Of a stretch of DNA of 64,000 nucleotides, positions 55,080 through 64,000 are shown one piece after another. Each line of letters starts with the position of its first letter. The first letter of the stretch is position 1. The stretch covers positions 17,347 through 81,346 of the forward strand of contig CAZGUX010000128.1 of the NCBI GenBank assembly GCA_964529305.1, read 5' to 3'. A program made the translations under genes and the position numbers. The notes beneath the pieces are model-generated. The model did not search any database. It had not been told where the DNA came from and saw nothing but the letters and a program-made list of their open reading frames with translations. The stretch comes from an uncultured Solibacteraceae bacterium (lineage in GTDB: Bacteria; Acidobacteriota; Terriglobia; Bryobacterales; Bryobacteraceae).

Positions 55080-57614
55080 ATGACCCTCCGCTCCATCCTC
55101 CTCCTCGTTCCTCTCGCCGCCGCGATCGGCGTTGCGCAAGGCCCGGTGCGTTCGGTCACCGACCCCGGTGTCGTCACCACCCGGCAGTCCATCACTCCAG
55201 CGGGCGTGCCCGCCATCTTCGAAGGCAAGGCTTACGGAGTCGACTTCGGTGCGACGGAGAAAGAAGTCTGGGTGCTGACTCCGGCCGAGCTGATTGGATT
55301 CGATTGGAGAGAGAATCAGGTGACCACACGGATCCGCCTGCCGGGAACGGGCGGGATTCGCGGCGTGCTCGCCGATCACGCCTCCAGCTCCACCTACGTT
55401 TCCTACGCCGGAAAGGCCAAGGGTGTCGCCCTGGCGCGGGTGGCGGGTGGCGCGCTCCACACGGTTGCAGAGGGCCTGGGGAAGGCGATTTCCGGCGCTC
55501 CGGCGATGGCTTCGGGACGGATCGCAGTGCCGCTGGTGGCCAACAACCAGGTCGCCCTCATCGATGCCTCGAGCGGCCGTGTGTTGCATACGGTAGGCAC
55601 CGGAATCGCGCCCACCGCCGCCGTCCTGTCGCCCGATGGCAGGACCGCCTGGGTCGTCAATTGGGGCGGCCGCGAGGCCAAGGCCGGAGAACCCACCGCG
55701 CCCACCGGCCTTGATCCGTCCGCCGATCAGGTGGTGGTCGACCGGCGAGGCGTCGCGGCTACCGGGTCGGTCACCCGCGTCGACGTCGACGGCGGAAAGG
55801 CCACGCACACCATCGCCGCCGGCCTGCATCCCACCGCGATCGTGCTCGACGCAAAACGAGGCCGCGTCTACGTGGCGAATACCAACTCCGGCACCATCTC
55901 CGTCATCAGCACCAGTACGCATCAGGTGACGTCCACGATTCGCATCCAACCCTTCGAGCGGGCGATCACCGGCGTCGCGCCCACCGCGCTGGCGCTCTCG
56001 GCGGATGGAGAGACTCTCTACGCCGCGTGCGGCGGCATCAATGCCGTGGCGGTGATCAAAACCGCCACCTCCCGCACTGCCGGGTTGATCCCGACGGCCT
56101 GGTATCCGAATGCCGTTGCTCTCAGCCCGAAGGGCGACAAACTCGCCGTGACCTCTCTGCTGGGGGCGGGTTCGGGATGGCAGGGCGAGCCTAAGAAACG
56201 CTTCGTCCACTCGTATCGCGGATCCGTGGCCGTCCTCGACATTCCCGACGAGGCCGAACTCGCCGGCTATTCCGCGGCGGTCGCCGAGAACAACCGTCTC
56301 AAGCTCGGCGCAGCCTCGGCCGCAGTTCCGGCCCTCAACCCCGCCGCAAAACCCATCGCCATCCCGAGGCGCGCCGGCGAGCCTTCCCTCATCGAGCACG
56401 TGGTCTACATCATCAAGGAGAACCGGACCTACGACCAGTTGTTCGGCGACCTGCCGCAAGGTAACGGCGACCCGTCCCTCGTCATGTTCGGCGCCACGGT
56501 GACGCCCAATCAGCGAAAGCTGGCCCAGGAATTCGTTCTCCTCGACAACTTCTACGCCAGCGGCGGCAACAGCGCCGACGGCCATCAGTGGGCTACGCAA
56601 GCGAACGAGACCGCCTACACGATGTATCCGGGCTATGCCGGCCGCAGCTATCCCTTCGATGGCACCGACCCGATCGCCTATTCTTCCGGCGGCTTTCTTT
56701 GGGATCTGGCGCTCGACCGCAAGAAGACCGTTCGCGTGTTCGGCGAGTTTGTGCCCCGGACGGCGGAGGCGCGGCCGGCCGATCGCGCGAAGTATTTTGA
56801 ACGCTGGCGCAAGGGCGACGCCTTCGCCACTGACTTCAACGTCAAGCCCGCGGTCCGCGGCATGATGTCCATCGTCGAGCCGAATTTCCCCAGCTACTCG
56901 AACGGTGTTCCCGATGTCGTGCGCGCCCGCATCTTCCTCGATCACCTGAAGCGATGGGAGTCGGCGGGGACGATGCCGAATCTCTCCATCATGCTGCTGC
57001 CCTGTGACCACACCTACGGCACAATGCCGGGGGCCTCCACGCCGAAGGCCATGGTCGCCGACAACGACCTGGCGCTCGGCACCGTGGTGGAAGCTCTTTC
57101 CCGGTCGAAGTTCTGGAAGAAAATGGCCATCTTCGTGGTGGAAGACGACGCGCAGAACGGAGTGGACCACGTGGACGGGCACCGGACCGTGGCCCTGGCC
57201 ATCAGCCCCTACACCCGGCGCGGCCACGTCGATTCGACGTTCTATTCGCACCAGAGCATCCTGAAGACGATCGAGCTGATTCTGGGCCTGCCCACGCTGT
57301 CGTTATTCGACCTGATCGCCAACGACATGCGGGCCAGTTTTCGCAACACTCCCGACGACACGCCGTACACCGCCGTGGTGCCGGAACAATCGCTCGATGA
57401 CGTCAACCCGCCGCTACGCTCGCTGAACGGGCCGGCCCGCCGGGGGGCGATCGAATCCGCGCGCATGAAGTGGGAAGTGCCCGACGCAGTCCCCACCGAA
57501 CGGCTGAACCGGATCCTGTGGGGCGCGATCCGGGGCTGGTCCACCCCGTATCCAGGCAGTCGGCAAGCGGTGTTTGCTCCGCTCTCGCTCGATCTGGATG
57601 ATGAAGACCGCTGA
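55080..57614 (+). CDS. Secreted fusion of a YVTN-type beta-propeller and a phosphoesterase-family domain (phospholipase C / acid phosphatase-like, PF04185-type).
   Basis: Signal peptide. N-terminal repeated propeller blades (..RVYVANTNSGTISVI.., ..TLYAACGGINAVAVI..). The C-terminal domain starts with the phosphoesterase-family signature VVYIIKENRTYDQLFGDL and contains DGHRT. Confidence 0.65.
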   Translation: MTLRSILLLVPLAAAIGVAQGPVRSVTDPGVVTTRQSITPAGVPAIFEGKAYGVDFGATEKEVWVLTPAELIGFDWRENQVTTRIRLPGTGGIRGVLADHASSSTYVSYAGKAKGVALARVAGGALHTVAEGLGKAISGAPAMASGRIAVPLVANNQVALIDASSGRVLHTVGTGIAPTAAVLSPDGRTAWVVNWGGREAKAGEPTAPTGLDPSADQVVVDRRGVAATGSVTRVDVDGGKATHTIAAGLHPTAIVLDAKRGRVYVANTNSGTISVISTSTHQVTSTIRIQPFERAITGVAPTALALSADGETLYAACGGINAVAVIKTATSRTAGLIPTAWYPNAVALSPKGDKLAVTSLLGAGSGWQGEPKKRFVHSYRGSVAVLDIPDEAELAGYSAAVAENNRLKLGAASAAVPALNPAAKPIAIPRRAGEPSLIEHVVYIIKENRTYDQLFGDLPQGNGDPSLVMFGATVTPNQRKLAQEFVLLDNFYASGGNSADGHQWATQANETAYTMYPGYAGRSYPFDGTDPIAYSSGGFLWDLALDRKKTVRVFGEFVPRTAEARPADRAKYFERWRKGDAFATDFNVKPAVRGMMSIVEPNFPSYSNGVPDVVRARIFLDHLKRWESAGTMPNLSIMLLPCDHTYGTMPGASTPKAMVADNDLALGTVVEALSRSKFWKKMAIFVVEDDAQNGVDHVDGHRTVALAISPYTRRGHVDSTFYSHQSILKTIELILGLPTLSLFDLIANDMRASFRNTPDDTPYTAVVPEQSLDDVNPPLRSLNGPARRGAIESARMKWEVPDAVPTERLNRILWGAIRGWSTPYPGSRQAVFAPLSLDLDDEDR

Positions 57615-57657
57615 CTGCTGACAGCGGATCGCTGTCCGCTGTAAGCTGTTAGCTACC

Positions 57658-59202
57658 ATGAGCAAGATCAACCGGCGGCACTTGTTCCAGGCGGGCGCGG
57701 CGGCAGGGATGCTCGCGGGCGCTCCGGCACCCGCGGCCACGGTGCAACGGCGTGGCCAGGGACCGGAAGTCTACACCCGCATCGGCGTACGGCCGTTTAT
57801 CAACTGCACCTCCACCTACACCATCAATGGCGGCTCCGCGCAACTGCCGGAGGTGATTGCCGCCGTGCAGCAGGCGGCGCACTATCACGTCAACCTCGAC
57901 GAACTGCAGGACGCGGTGGGCAAACGCATCGCCCAACTCCTCGGGGCGGAAGCCGCCATGGTGAGTTCCGGCGCGGCGGGCGCCGTGACTTGTGGAACCG
58001 CGGCCTGTGTGGCTGGCGGCGATCCGGAAGTCATGCATCAACTGCCGAACACGGAGGGCATCCGCAACGAAGTGATCGTGCCTAAGTGGTCGCGCAGCCA
58101 GTATGACCAGGCCGTCCGCAACGTCGGCATCCGTATGGTCGAGGTGCAAACGCTCGACGATGTCGAGCGCGCCCTCGGACCGAAGACGGTCATGGCCACG
58201 GGCCAGGCCAACCTGCAGGAAGCCGGCAACCCCTTTACTCTCGAGCAATTCGTCGCGGTGCTGAACAAGCGCAAGATCCCGCTCCTGATCGATGCCGCCG
58301 CCGAACTGCCGTTGCGGCCGAATCCCTTCCTGAGCCGCGGCGCCTCGCTGGTCGCGCACAGCGGCGGCAAGATCCTGCGCGGGCCGCAGACCGCCGGGAT
58401 TCTGCTCGGCCGCAAGGACCTGGTGACCGCCGCCTACCGGTGTTCCTCGCCGCACATGACGTTCGCCCGCGCGATCAAGGTCAGCAAAGAAGAGATCGTC
58501 GGTGTCCTGGTCGCCGTCGAATATCTGGTGGAGCGCCGCGATCGCAATGCGGAAGACCGCGAGTGGCGATCCTGGTTTCAACACATCGCCGAGCGGCTGA
58601 AACCCATCGAGGGTGTACGGACGAAGATCGTCGATCCGCCGCTGCCCAGCTACTATCCGGTACTCAACATTGAATGGGATCCGGCCCGGATCGGCCTCAT
58701 CAACGCGGAGGTGGGCAAGCAACTGCTCGACGGAGAGCCACGCATCATGAGCCACGCGGAGGGCGACGGTCACTCCTTCGTGCTTCGTCCGGCGGCGATG
58801 TATCCGGGCGAACACCTCGCGGTGGCCGACCGCCTATACGAGGTCTTCCGGGGCGCTCCGGCCGGCAAACCCAAGCCTGCCATGACGCCGCCCGCGGTCG
58901 ACCTGACCGGGTCCTGGGAGGTCGATCTTCGGTTCATCGCGGCGCATAGCCGCCAGAAGTTCTTCCTCAGCGTGCACGGCAATCAACTCTCGGGCACATT
59001 CTCCAGCCGGATCATCGACCACGGCAAGGTGCAGGGCGAAATCGACGGCGAGAAGGTGGCGTTCCAAACCCGGGCCCGCTACGAGGGCGCGTCCTTCCAC
59101 TACCGCTTCTCCGGTACGGTGCGGGGCGACCGGATGTCCGGGCAGGTGGAGTTGGGCGAGGAGTACGGCACGGCGGAGTGGACCGCCCGCCGATTGGCCT
59201 GA
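57658..59202 (+). CDS. TAT-secreted SelA-like (DgaE/L-seryl-tRNA selenium transferase-like) PLP-dependent enzyme with an extra C-terminal beta-rich domain.
   Basis: RRHLFQAGAAAGMLAGAPAPAA twin-arginine signal. SelA-like fold-type-I PLP region (..AHSGGKILRGPQTAGILLGRKDLV..). About 120 extra C-terminal residues. Confidence 0.55.
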   Translation: MSKINRRHLFQAGAAAGMLAGAPAPAATVQRRGQGPEVYTRIGVRPFINCTSTYTINGGSAQLPEVIAAVQQAAHYHVNLDELQDAVGKRIAQLLGAEAAMVSSGAAGAVTCGTAACVAGGDPEVMHQLPNTEGIRNEVIVPKWSRSQYDQAVRNVGIRMVEVQTLDDVERALGPKTVMATGQANLQEAGNPFTLEQFVAVLNKRKIPLLIDAAAELPLRPNPFLSRGASLVAHSGGKILRGPQTAGILLGRKDLVTAAYRCSSPHMTFARAIKVSKEEIVGVLVAVEYLVERRDRNAEDREWRSWFQHIAERLKPIEGVRTKIVDPPLPSYYPVLNIEWDPARIGLINAEVGKQLLDGEPRIMSHAEGDGHSFVLRPAAMYPGEHLAVADRLYEVFRGAPAGKPKPAMTPPAVDLTGSWEVDLRFIAAHSRQKFFLSVHGNQLSGTFSSRIIDHGKVQGEIDGEKVAFQTRARYEGASFHYRFSGTVRGDRMSGQVELGEEYGTAEWTARRLA

Positions 59203-59342
59203 CGCTCCCGTGGCGCCGGTCTCCGACGTCTCCGACCGGCGGTCTTCAGACCGCGACACGCTTCAACTCGCCCCGGGACCGCTCGCCGCGCCGCCCCGGC
59301 GTCGATGCAGTGCACCGCCCGGTCCGGTTTCGTCTCGATCAA

Positions 59343-60746
59343 TTACATCTCGTGGACAACCTCGAACCCCATCATGCGGCCCATTCGCTCGATGGAGCGG
59401 ACGTGATCTCCGTAGAAAATCACGCGATGCAGACCGCCCGAATAACTGCGTAGCCACTTCCCGGCATCGCTCACCCGCGTCCGGATCTGGCTGCGGCACC
59501 CGCGGTCGCTGTCCACGGTCCCCGTCACTTCGGCGGTGGAGATCAGCATTTTCTTCGGCCCCAGGAACCGGGCCACCGTAATGGTCTCGTCCGAAGGCAT
59601 CAGCACCTGCAACACCGCGCCTTCATTTGTTTCCAGGTGGTTCCGGATGAGGTACGGAGATGCGGTCCCCTTCAGACCGCTCATGCGGGTCGCCGACACA
59701 CAGTGCGCATGGATGACTTCGTTGTGGCTCGTGTCGAACACCGGATCGGACACGAACCCCGGCATCTCCGTGTACGACGTGATCAGCATCTGGGTCATGG
59801 TGGATTGCAGATCGCCTTCGCACACCCCGTACAGGCCGGCGTCGTTCAACTTGGAGAACCCGATGCACGGATAGCCCGGAAGCGTTTTGGCCGCGAGCGT
59901 CCCGAAGCAATCGATCGTGACGGCGTTGGCTTTTTCGCGGGCCAGCATTGTGTGGAGCGCCAGCGAAAAGCGGAGGCCATTGAAAATCTCCTCCGGCCGC
60001 GGCTCCACCACGCGGAGTGCGTTCCGTACGAATTCATCCGTTTGCTTCCGCGCTTCGTTCAGGTCCGCGGCCTCGAACGCGTCGCGGAATTCGTTTCCGG
60101 TGACGAACTGGAAGGCCGTTCCGTAGCCGCCGTGAAAGGACTCGGTCATCTCCTGGCGGCCCTTGGGTGTAGCGGCCCCCACCAGCACCTTGCTGTGCTT
60201 CAGGTGATGGACCGATTTGAACAGCCGCATGTACGGATCGAGATCGCCGTAGCTGCTGCTGGCGAGAACGTCGACCTTCTGGCCCGCATGAGTCAGCGCG
60301 CCGATGCCCGACCAGGCATGGGTGGCATAAGGACGCGAGAAGAACAGCGCCGGGACCTTTGCTTCGTCCACCAGGGCTCGGAGCACGGGCGTGGGCTGAG
60401 CCAACGGAACGATGAGGAGACCATCGATCTCCGCCATTCGGTCCAGCCAGGGCCGGACTTCATCGGCGCTTCGGAGGACATCGCCTCCGGTGAACCGGAC
60501 GTTGCCGGTGTGTTTGCGGGCGACTTCGCCGAGCCGTGTCTCGATCTCGGCAACCTCGGCGGAGACGTCCAGTGTGGGTTTGGGCCAGTGAACGGTTGGG
60601 GCGGACAGATAGACCTTGGCCACGGTGGCTGGACCGTTCCAAGGCATGGTGCGGAATTCGTCCTCGATTTTGGCGAAGGAGGCGAACGGAAGGCCGCCGA
60701 GCGCGAACCCGAACTCGCGGCGGGAAATGTTAGGAAGGCAAGGCAT
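59343..60746 (-). CDS. Hypothetical secreted protein, possibly a FucI/AraA-like sugar isomerase family member.
   Basis: Internal start MPCLPNISRREFGFALGG (TAT-like). The ~467-aa product shows weak resemblance to the L-fucose/L-arabinose isomerase family (..GVCEGDL..). The upstream extension to 61316 in the track has no coding support. Confidence 0.4.
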   Translation of the reverse strand: MPCLPNISRREFGFALGGLPFASFAKIEDEFRTMPWNGPATVAKVYLSAPTVHWPKPTLDVSAEVAEIETRLGEVARKHTGNVRFTGGDVLRSADEVRPWLDRMAEIDGLLIVPLAQPTPVLRALVDEAKVPALFFSRPYATHAWSGIGALTHAGQKVDVLASSSYGDLDPYMRLFKSVHHLKHSKVLVGAATPKGRQEMTESFHGGYGTAFQFVTGNEFRDAFEAADLNEARKQTDEFVRNALRVVEPRPEEIFNGLRFSLALHTMLAREKANAVTIDCFGTLAAKTLPGYPCIGFSKLNDAGLYGVCEGDLQSTMTQMLITSYTEMPGFVSDPVFDTSHNEVIHAHCVSATRMSGLKGTASPYLIRNHLETNEGAVLQVLMPSDETITVARFLGPKKMLISTAEVTGTVDSDRGCRSQIRTRVSDAGKWLRSYSGGLHRVIFYGDHVRSIERMGRMMGFEVVHEM

Positions 60747-60859
60747 AATGAAGAACTCTGATCGATTCCGTGGCGATGCGCTGACGCCGATTGCAGTGTC
60801 ACACTCCACGATCGAAATTGAACCGCCTTGATCATACGCCCCGGCGGTGCGGGAAGGAA

Positions 60860-61630
60860 TCACTTCGTCAGAACCAGAAACAGCCGGGGGAAGGGGAGAA
60901 TGCGCTTTCCGTCCGCGCGGACCGGAAACGCCTCGTCGACTGCACGACTGAACCGCTCGAGGAACGGATCGAGTTCCCCGGCCTCGAGAGCCTGTAGGTA
61001 CGGCCTCAGGCCCGTTCCGCGAATCCAGGAGACGATCGCCTCCGTATCCGCCATCACGTGTTGATATTCGGTCAGCCACAGCGTGATTCGGGAGGACAGG
61101 GGCGCCAGCAGGTCGTAGTATTGCTCGGGCGTCAGGATCTCGAACACGGGTTCGATGGCGGCCAGCCGGGCCGACCAGGGTCCGGACTCCGCTACCTCGA
61201 GGATGGCTCGATGCAGCGCGGACTGCAGGTGGAAAGGAATCTGCATCGCAAACACGCCTCCCGGCGGCAGCGCGGCGACCAGGCGCGGCAACACGCGCCG
61301 GTGCCCGTGAACCCACTGAAAGGCGGCGTTGGAAAAAATCAGATCGACCGGCCCGTCCGGCGTCCAGGCGCCGATGTCCACCATCTGCCAGTGAAATTCG
61401 GGACGGTCGGCGCGAGCGCGATCCAGCATCTCACGCGAGTGGTCGATACCGGTGATGGAAGCGTTGGGCCATCGCGCAGCCAGGACGGCCGTGCTGTTGC
61501 CGGGCCCGCACCCCAAGTCCTCGATCTCGCGCGGGTCATCCATGGGAATACGATTCACCAGGTCGACGCATGGTTGCGTGCGCTCGTTCTCAAAGCGCAG
61601 GTACAAACCCGGATCCCAGGTCAGCGTCAA
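60860..61630 (-). CDS. tam: Trans-aconitate 2-methyltransferase.
   Basis: SAM-MTase motif I (DLGCGPGNST) and Tam-family length and termini (MTLTWDPGLYLRFENERTQP..). Confidence 0.8.
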   Translation of the reverse strand: MTLTWDPGLYLRFENERTQPCVDLVNRIPMDDPREIEDLGCGPGNSTAVLAARWPNASITGIDHSREMLDRARADRPEFHWQMVDIGAWTPDGPVDLIFSNAAFQWVHGHRRVLPRLVAALPPGGVFAMQIPFHLQSALHRAILEVAESGPWSARLAAIEPVFEILTPEQYYDLLAPLSSRITLWLTEYQHVMADTEAIVSWIRGTGLRPYLQALEAGELDPFLERFSRAVDEAFPVRADGKRILPFPRLFLVLTK

Positions 61631-61741
61631 GCCCTCCGATTATGCCAAACGTCGTGCACCTACTGCCCACTCCCGCGCCGGGCGACAAAAAACGTCGCCC
61701 GGTGCCACGGTCATGGCAAGATAGCCAGAAAGGAGTCCGCT

Positions 61742-63946
61742 GTGACCAAGCCAGCCTGTGTCCTGATTCTTGCCGCCTGGACGTCCCTGTCCGCGCAGGA
61801 GACTTCGCCCAAAGCCTCGTTTGACAACTACAAGCTGGGCCATTCCCGTCACGGCGAAGTCTTCGACGAAGGGCCTCGGGCCAAGCCGTGGGAAATGGCC
61901 GGCATCGGTAACACCCCGTTTCCCATCACTCACAAGAACCCCGAGGTGCAGAAGTGGTTCAACCAGGGTACGGCGCTGTTGCATTCATTCTGGGACTACG
62001 AGGCGGAACGCGCGTTTCGCTGGTGCCTGAAACTCGAACCCGAGAACGCAATGGCCTACTGGGGAATGGCACGGGCCACCAGCGGCGATCGATCGAAGGA
62101 GTTCATCCGGCAGGCGGTGAAGCGGAAGAACACGGTCACCGAACGCGAACGGCTCTACATTGAAGCGCTCGAGGCGCGCGAATTGACCGACAGCCTTCGC
62201 GACCGCGGCGCCGATTACCGGGAACGCAGCAACCGTTACAAGCAGACCCTCGAAACCCTGTGCGTGAAATACCCGGACGACCTGGAGGCCCGGGCGCTGC
62301 TGGCCTACGCCAACATGGGCGATTCGCGCTACGGCACGGAACTGCTGGTGCGCGAGATCCTGGCCAGAAATCCCGACCATCCCGGCGCGCACCACTACCG
62401 GATCCACAACTGGAACCATCACGAGCCAGAGCAGGCTCTCGACAGCGCCAGGCGGTTCGGCGAGATTGCTCCGGGAATCGGCCACGCGTTGCACATGCCC
62501 GGCCACATCTTCTCGACCGTCGGCATGTGGAACGAAGCAGCCATTGCCATGGATTCCGCAACGCGGGTAGAGAAGCAGTACATGGTCGACCGCCTGACGT
62601 TCCCGTTCAACAACTGGAACTACGGCCACAATCGCAGCTACCTGTCGTACATTCAGGAGCAACTCGGCATGGCCGAGGCCTCGATCTTCGGCGCGCGGCA
62701 ATTGATCGACGCGCCGCTCGACCCCAAACAGAACGCCGACCTGCCCTACAGCAGCCACTCGCAGGGCATCGAGAACATGATGCGCGTTCTGATCAAGTTC
62801 GAGCGCTGGGATGCGCTGCTCGACAAACGCACCATCCCGTGGCGCGAGATCTTTCTCGACAGGATGCGGAAGGCCTACTCCGAAACCCGCGCCCATCTCG
62901 GTCTGGGCAACCGGGATCAGGCTATGAAGGCCCTCGACGCATTTGCCGCGCTGAAGAAAGATCTCGAAAAGAACAAGGGTCAGGAGTCCACCTACAGCCT
63001 GATGGACAAGGAACTGCGCGCGCGCCTTGCCTTGTTGCGGGGCGAGACTCTGTCCGGCCTGGCCCTGCTCACCGAAGCCGCGGAACAGGAATACGAACGT
63101 CAGAAGAGCGACAACGATCCGCCGCACTATCCGCAGTTCCTCTACCCGGAACTCGGCCGCGCCTATCTCGCGGCGAAGAGCCCCGCGCTGGCCGCCCAGG
63201 CCTTTGAGAAAAGCCTGAAACTGGTTCGCAACGACTGTTTTGCGCTCTCCGGGATGGTGGAGGCGTATCACGCGATGGGCGAGAAGTCGAAGGCCGAAGA
63301 GGCGATGGCGCGCCTGCTGTACGTCACCGCGGATGCGGACAAAGGACTGAAGCTGGTGGAACGCAGCGTAGCGACCGGGATCAGAGCCAAACCGCGCGAC
63401 ACGTCGCCGGGGACGCAGCGAAATTACCGCCGGTTCTCGCTCGACCGGTTTGGGCCGAACACCTGGGAGCCCTTCGCCTCGCCGCCACTGGAGGTGCACG
63501 ATCCTGACGGCAAGCCGGTCACCTTGAGCGAGTACCGCGGCAAGAACGTGATCCTGGTCTTTTACCTTGGCCGCGAGTGTCTGCACTGCATGAACCAATT
63601 GAAGGACCTGCAGCGGAAGCGCGAGGAGTGGGAGAGGCTCGAAACCGTTGTGCTGGCCGTATCCGGAAACCGGCCGGACGACAACAAGGCGAACCTGAAG
63701 TCCATCAACCTCGGCGCGATTCGCCTTCTTTCCGACGAAGGGTTCGCCAACTCCCGCCGCTTCCGCTCGTATGACGACTTCGAGGAGATGGAAATCCATT
63801 CGACCATCCTGATCGACAAGCGCGGGCGCGTTCACTGGGCGCGCAGCGGCGGCGAGCCGTTCGGGGATATGGCGTTTCTGGAAAAGCAACTGCGCCGCAT
63901 GAATCAGTCGGTGGAGACCGCCCCGGCCGCCGGTGGCTCCGAGTGA
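61742..63946 (+). CDS. Secreted TPR-repeat protein with a C-terminal peroxiredoxin/thioredoxin-like (AhpC/TSA-type) domain.
   Basis: GTG start with a GAAAGGAG Shine-Dalgarno, then a signal peptide. The long TPR-like helical region is followed by a redox-fold region (VTLSEYRGKNVILVFYLGRECLHCMNQL..TILIDKRGRV). Confidence 0.7.
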   Translation: MTKPACVLILAAWTSLSAQETSPKASFDNYKLGHSRHGEVFDEGPRAKPWEMAGIGNTPFPITHKNPEVQKWFNQGTALLHSFWDYEAERAFRWCLKLEPENAMAYWGMARATSGDRSKEFIRQAVKRKNTVTERERLYIEALEARELTDSLRDRGADYRERSNRYKQTLETLCVKYPDDLEARALLAYANMGDSRYGTELLVREILARNPDHPGAHHYRIHNWNHHEPEQALDSARRFGEIAPGIGHALHMPGHIFSTVGMWNEAAIAMDSATRVEKQYMVDRLTFPFNNWNYGHNRSYLSYIQEQLGMAEASIFGARQLIDAPLDPKQNADLPYSSHSQGIENMMRVLIKFERWDALLDKRTIPWREIFLDRMRKAYSETRAHLGLGNRDQAMKALDAFAALKKDLEKNKGQESTYSLMDKELRARLALLRGETLSGLALLTEAAEQEYERQKSDNDPPHYPQFLYPELGRAYLAAKSPALAAQAFEKSLKLVRNDCFALSGMVEAYHAMGEKSKAEEAMARLLYVTADADKGLKLVERSVATGIRAKPRDTSPGTQRNYRRFSLDRFGPNTWEPFASPPLEVHDPDGKPVTLSEYRGKNVILVFYLGRECLHCMNQLKDLQRKREEWERLETVVLAVSGNRPDDNKANLKSINLGAIRLLSDEGFANSRRFRSYDDFEEMEIHSTILIDKRGRVHWARSGGEPFGDMAFLEKQLRRMNQSVETAPAAGGSE

Positions 63947-64000
63947 AGGTTCCGCGGTGGCTGGTCCCTTCGCTCGCGGACATTCTGTTCCTGAGCCTGA

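Overview
This is a 64-kb, high-GC (~62%) chromosomal window on which I count 45 protein genes and one atypical tRNA; no rRNA, CRISPR array, integrase or transposase is visible. It is probably from an Acidobacteriota-like genome: it encodes a GWxTD-domain protein, a CarbopepD_reg-type outer-membrane barrel, several PQQ-like beta-propellers and many TAT/Sec-secreted enzymes. Most of it is housekeeping or metabolic: a fused E1 dehydrogenase/SDR/MFS operon, htrA, aroE, ftsY, ribD-ribE, an RluA-family synthase, nrfHA nitrite reductase, tam and secreted glycoside hydrolases. The accessory stretch of roughly 10.4-32.9 kb ends at an atypical tRNA and is the interesting part. Within it, a three-gene cassette (12996-17368) encodes a SLOG sensor fused to two SLATT 2TM membrane modules, a zinc-ribbon TIR NADase-like protein and a HEAT-repeat protein. 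This looks like a Thoeris-like TIR signalling system whose effector is a SLOG-gated membrane pore rather than SIR2 or Macro; I do not know of this architecture having been characterised experimentally. It is flanked by a divergent large AAA+ ATPase with tandem C-terminal RyR domains. The same stretch holds an array-less, cas6/cas1/cas2-less type III-A-like interference module (25086-30075), ordered cas10-csm2-csm3-csm4-csm5. Its Cas10 is very compact (486 aa), with no HD nuclease and no zinc finger but an intact GGDD cyclase palm. Next to it sit a pseudo-MPN/JAB membrane protein and a receiver-PP2C phosphatase, and Csm2 carries an N-terminal (RD)n repeat. Other points worth a second look are GC-rich palindromic repeats with a CCGCGG core at three or more intergenic sites, an NfrB-like GT2 synthase with a C-terminal c-di-GMP-binding MshEN domain, and an NrfA with CXXCH at heme 1. 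Many long ORFs in the supplied track are antisense artefacts of the high GC content and were rejected. Coordinates I derived myself (tRNA, repeats, internal starts) may be off by 1-2 nt.
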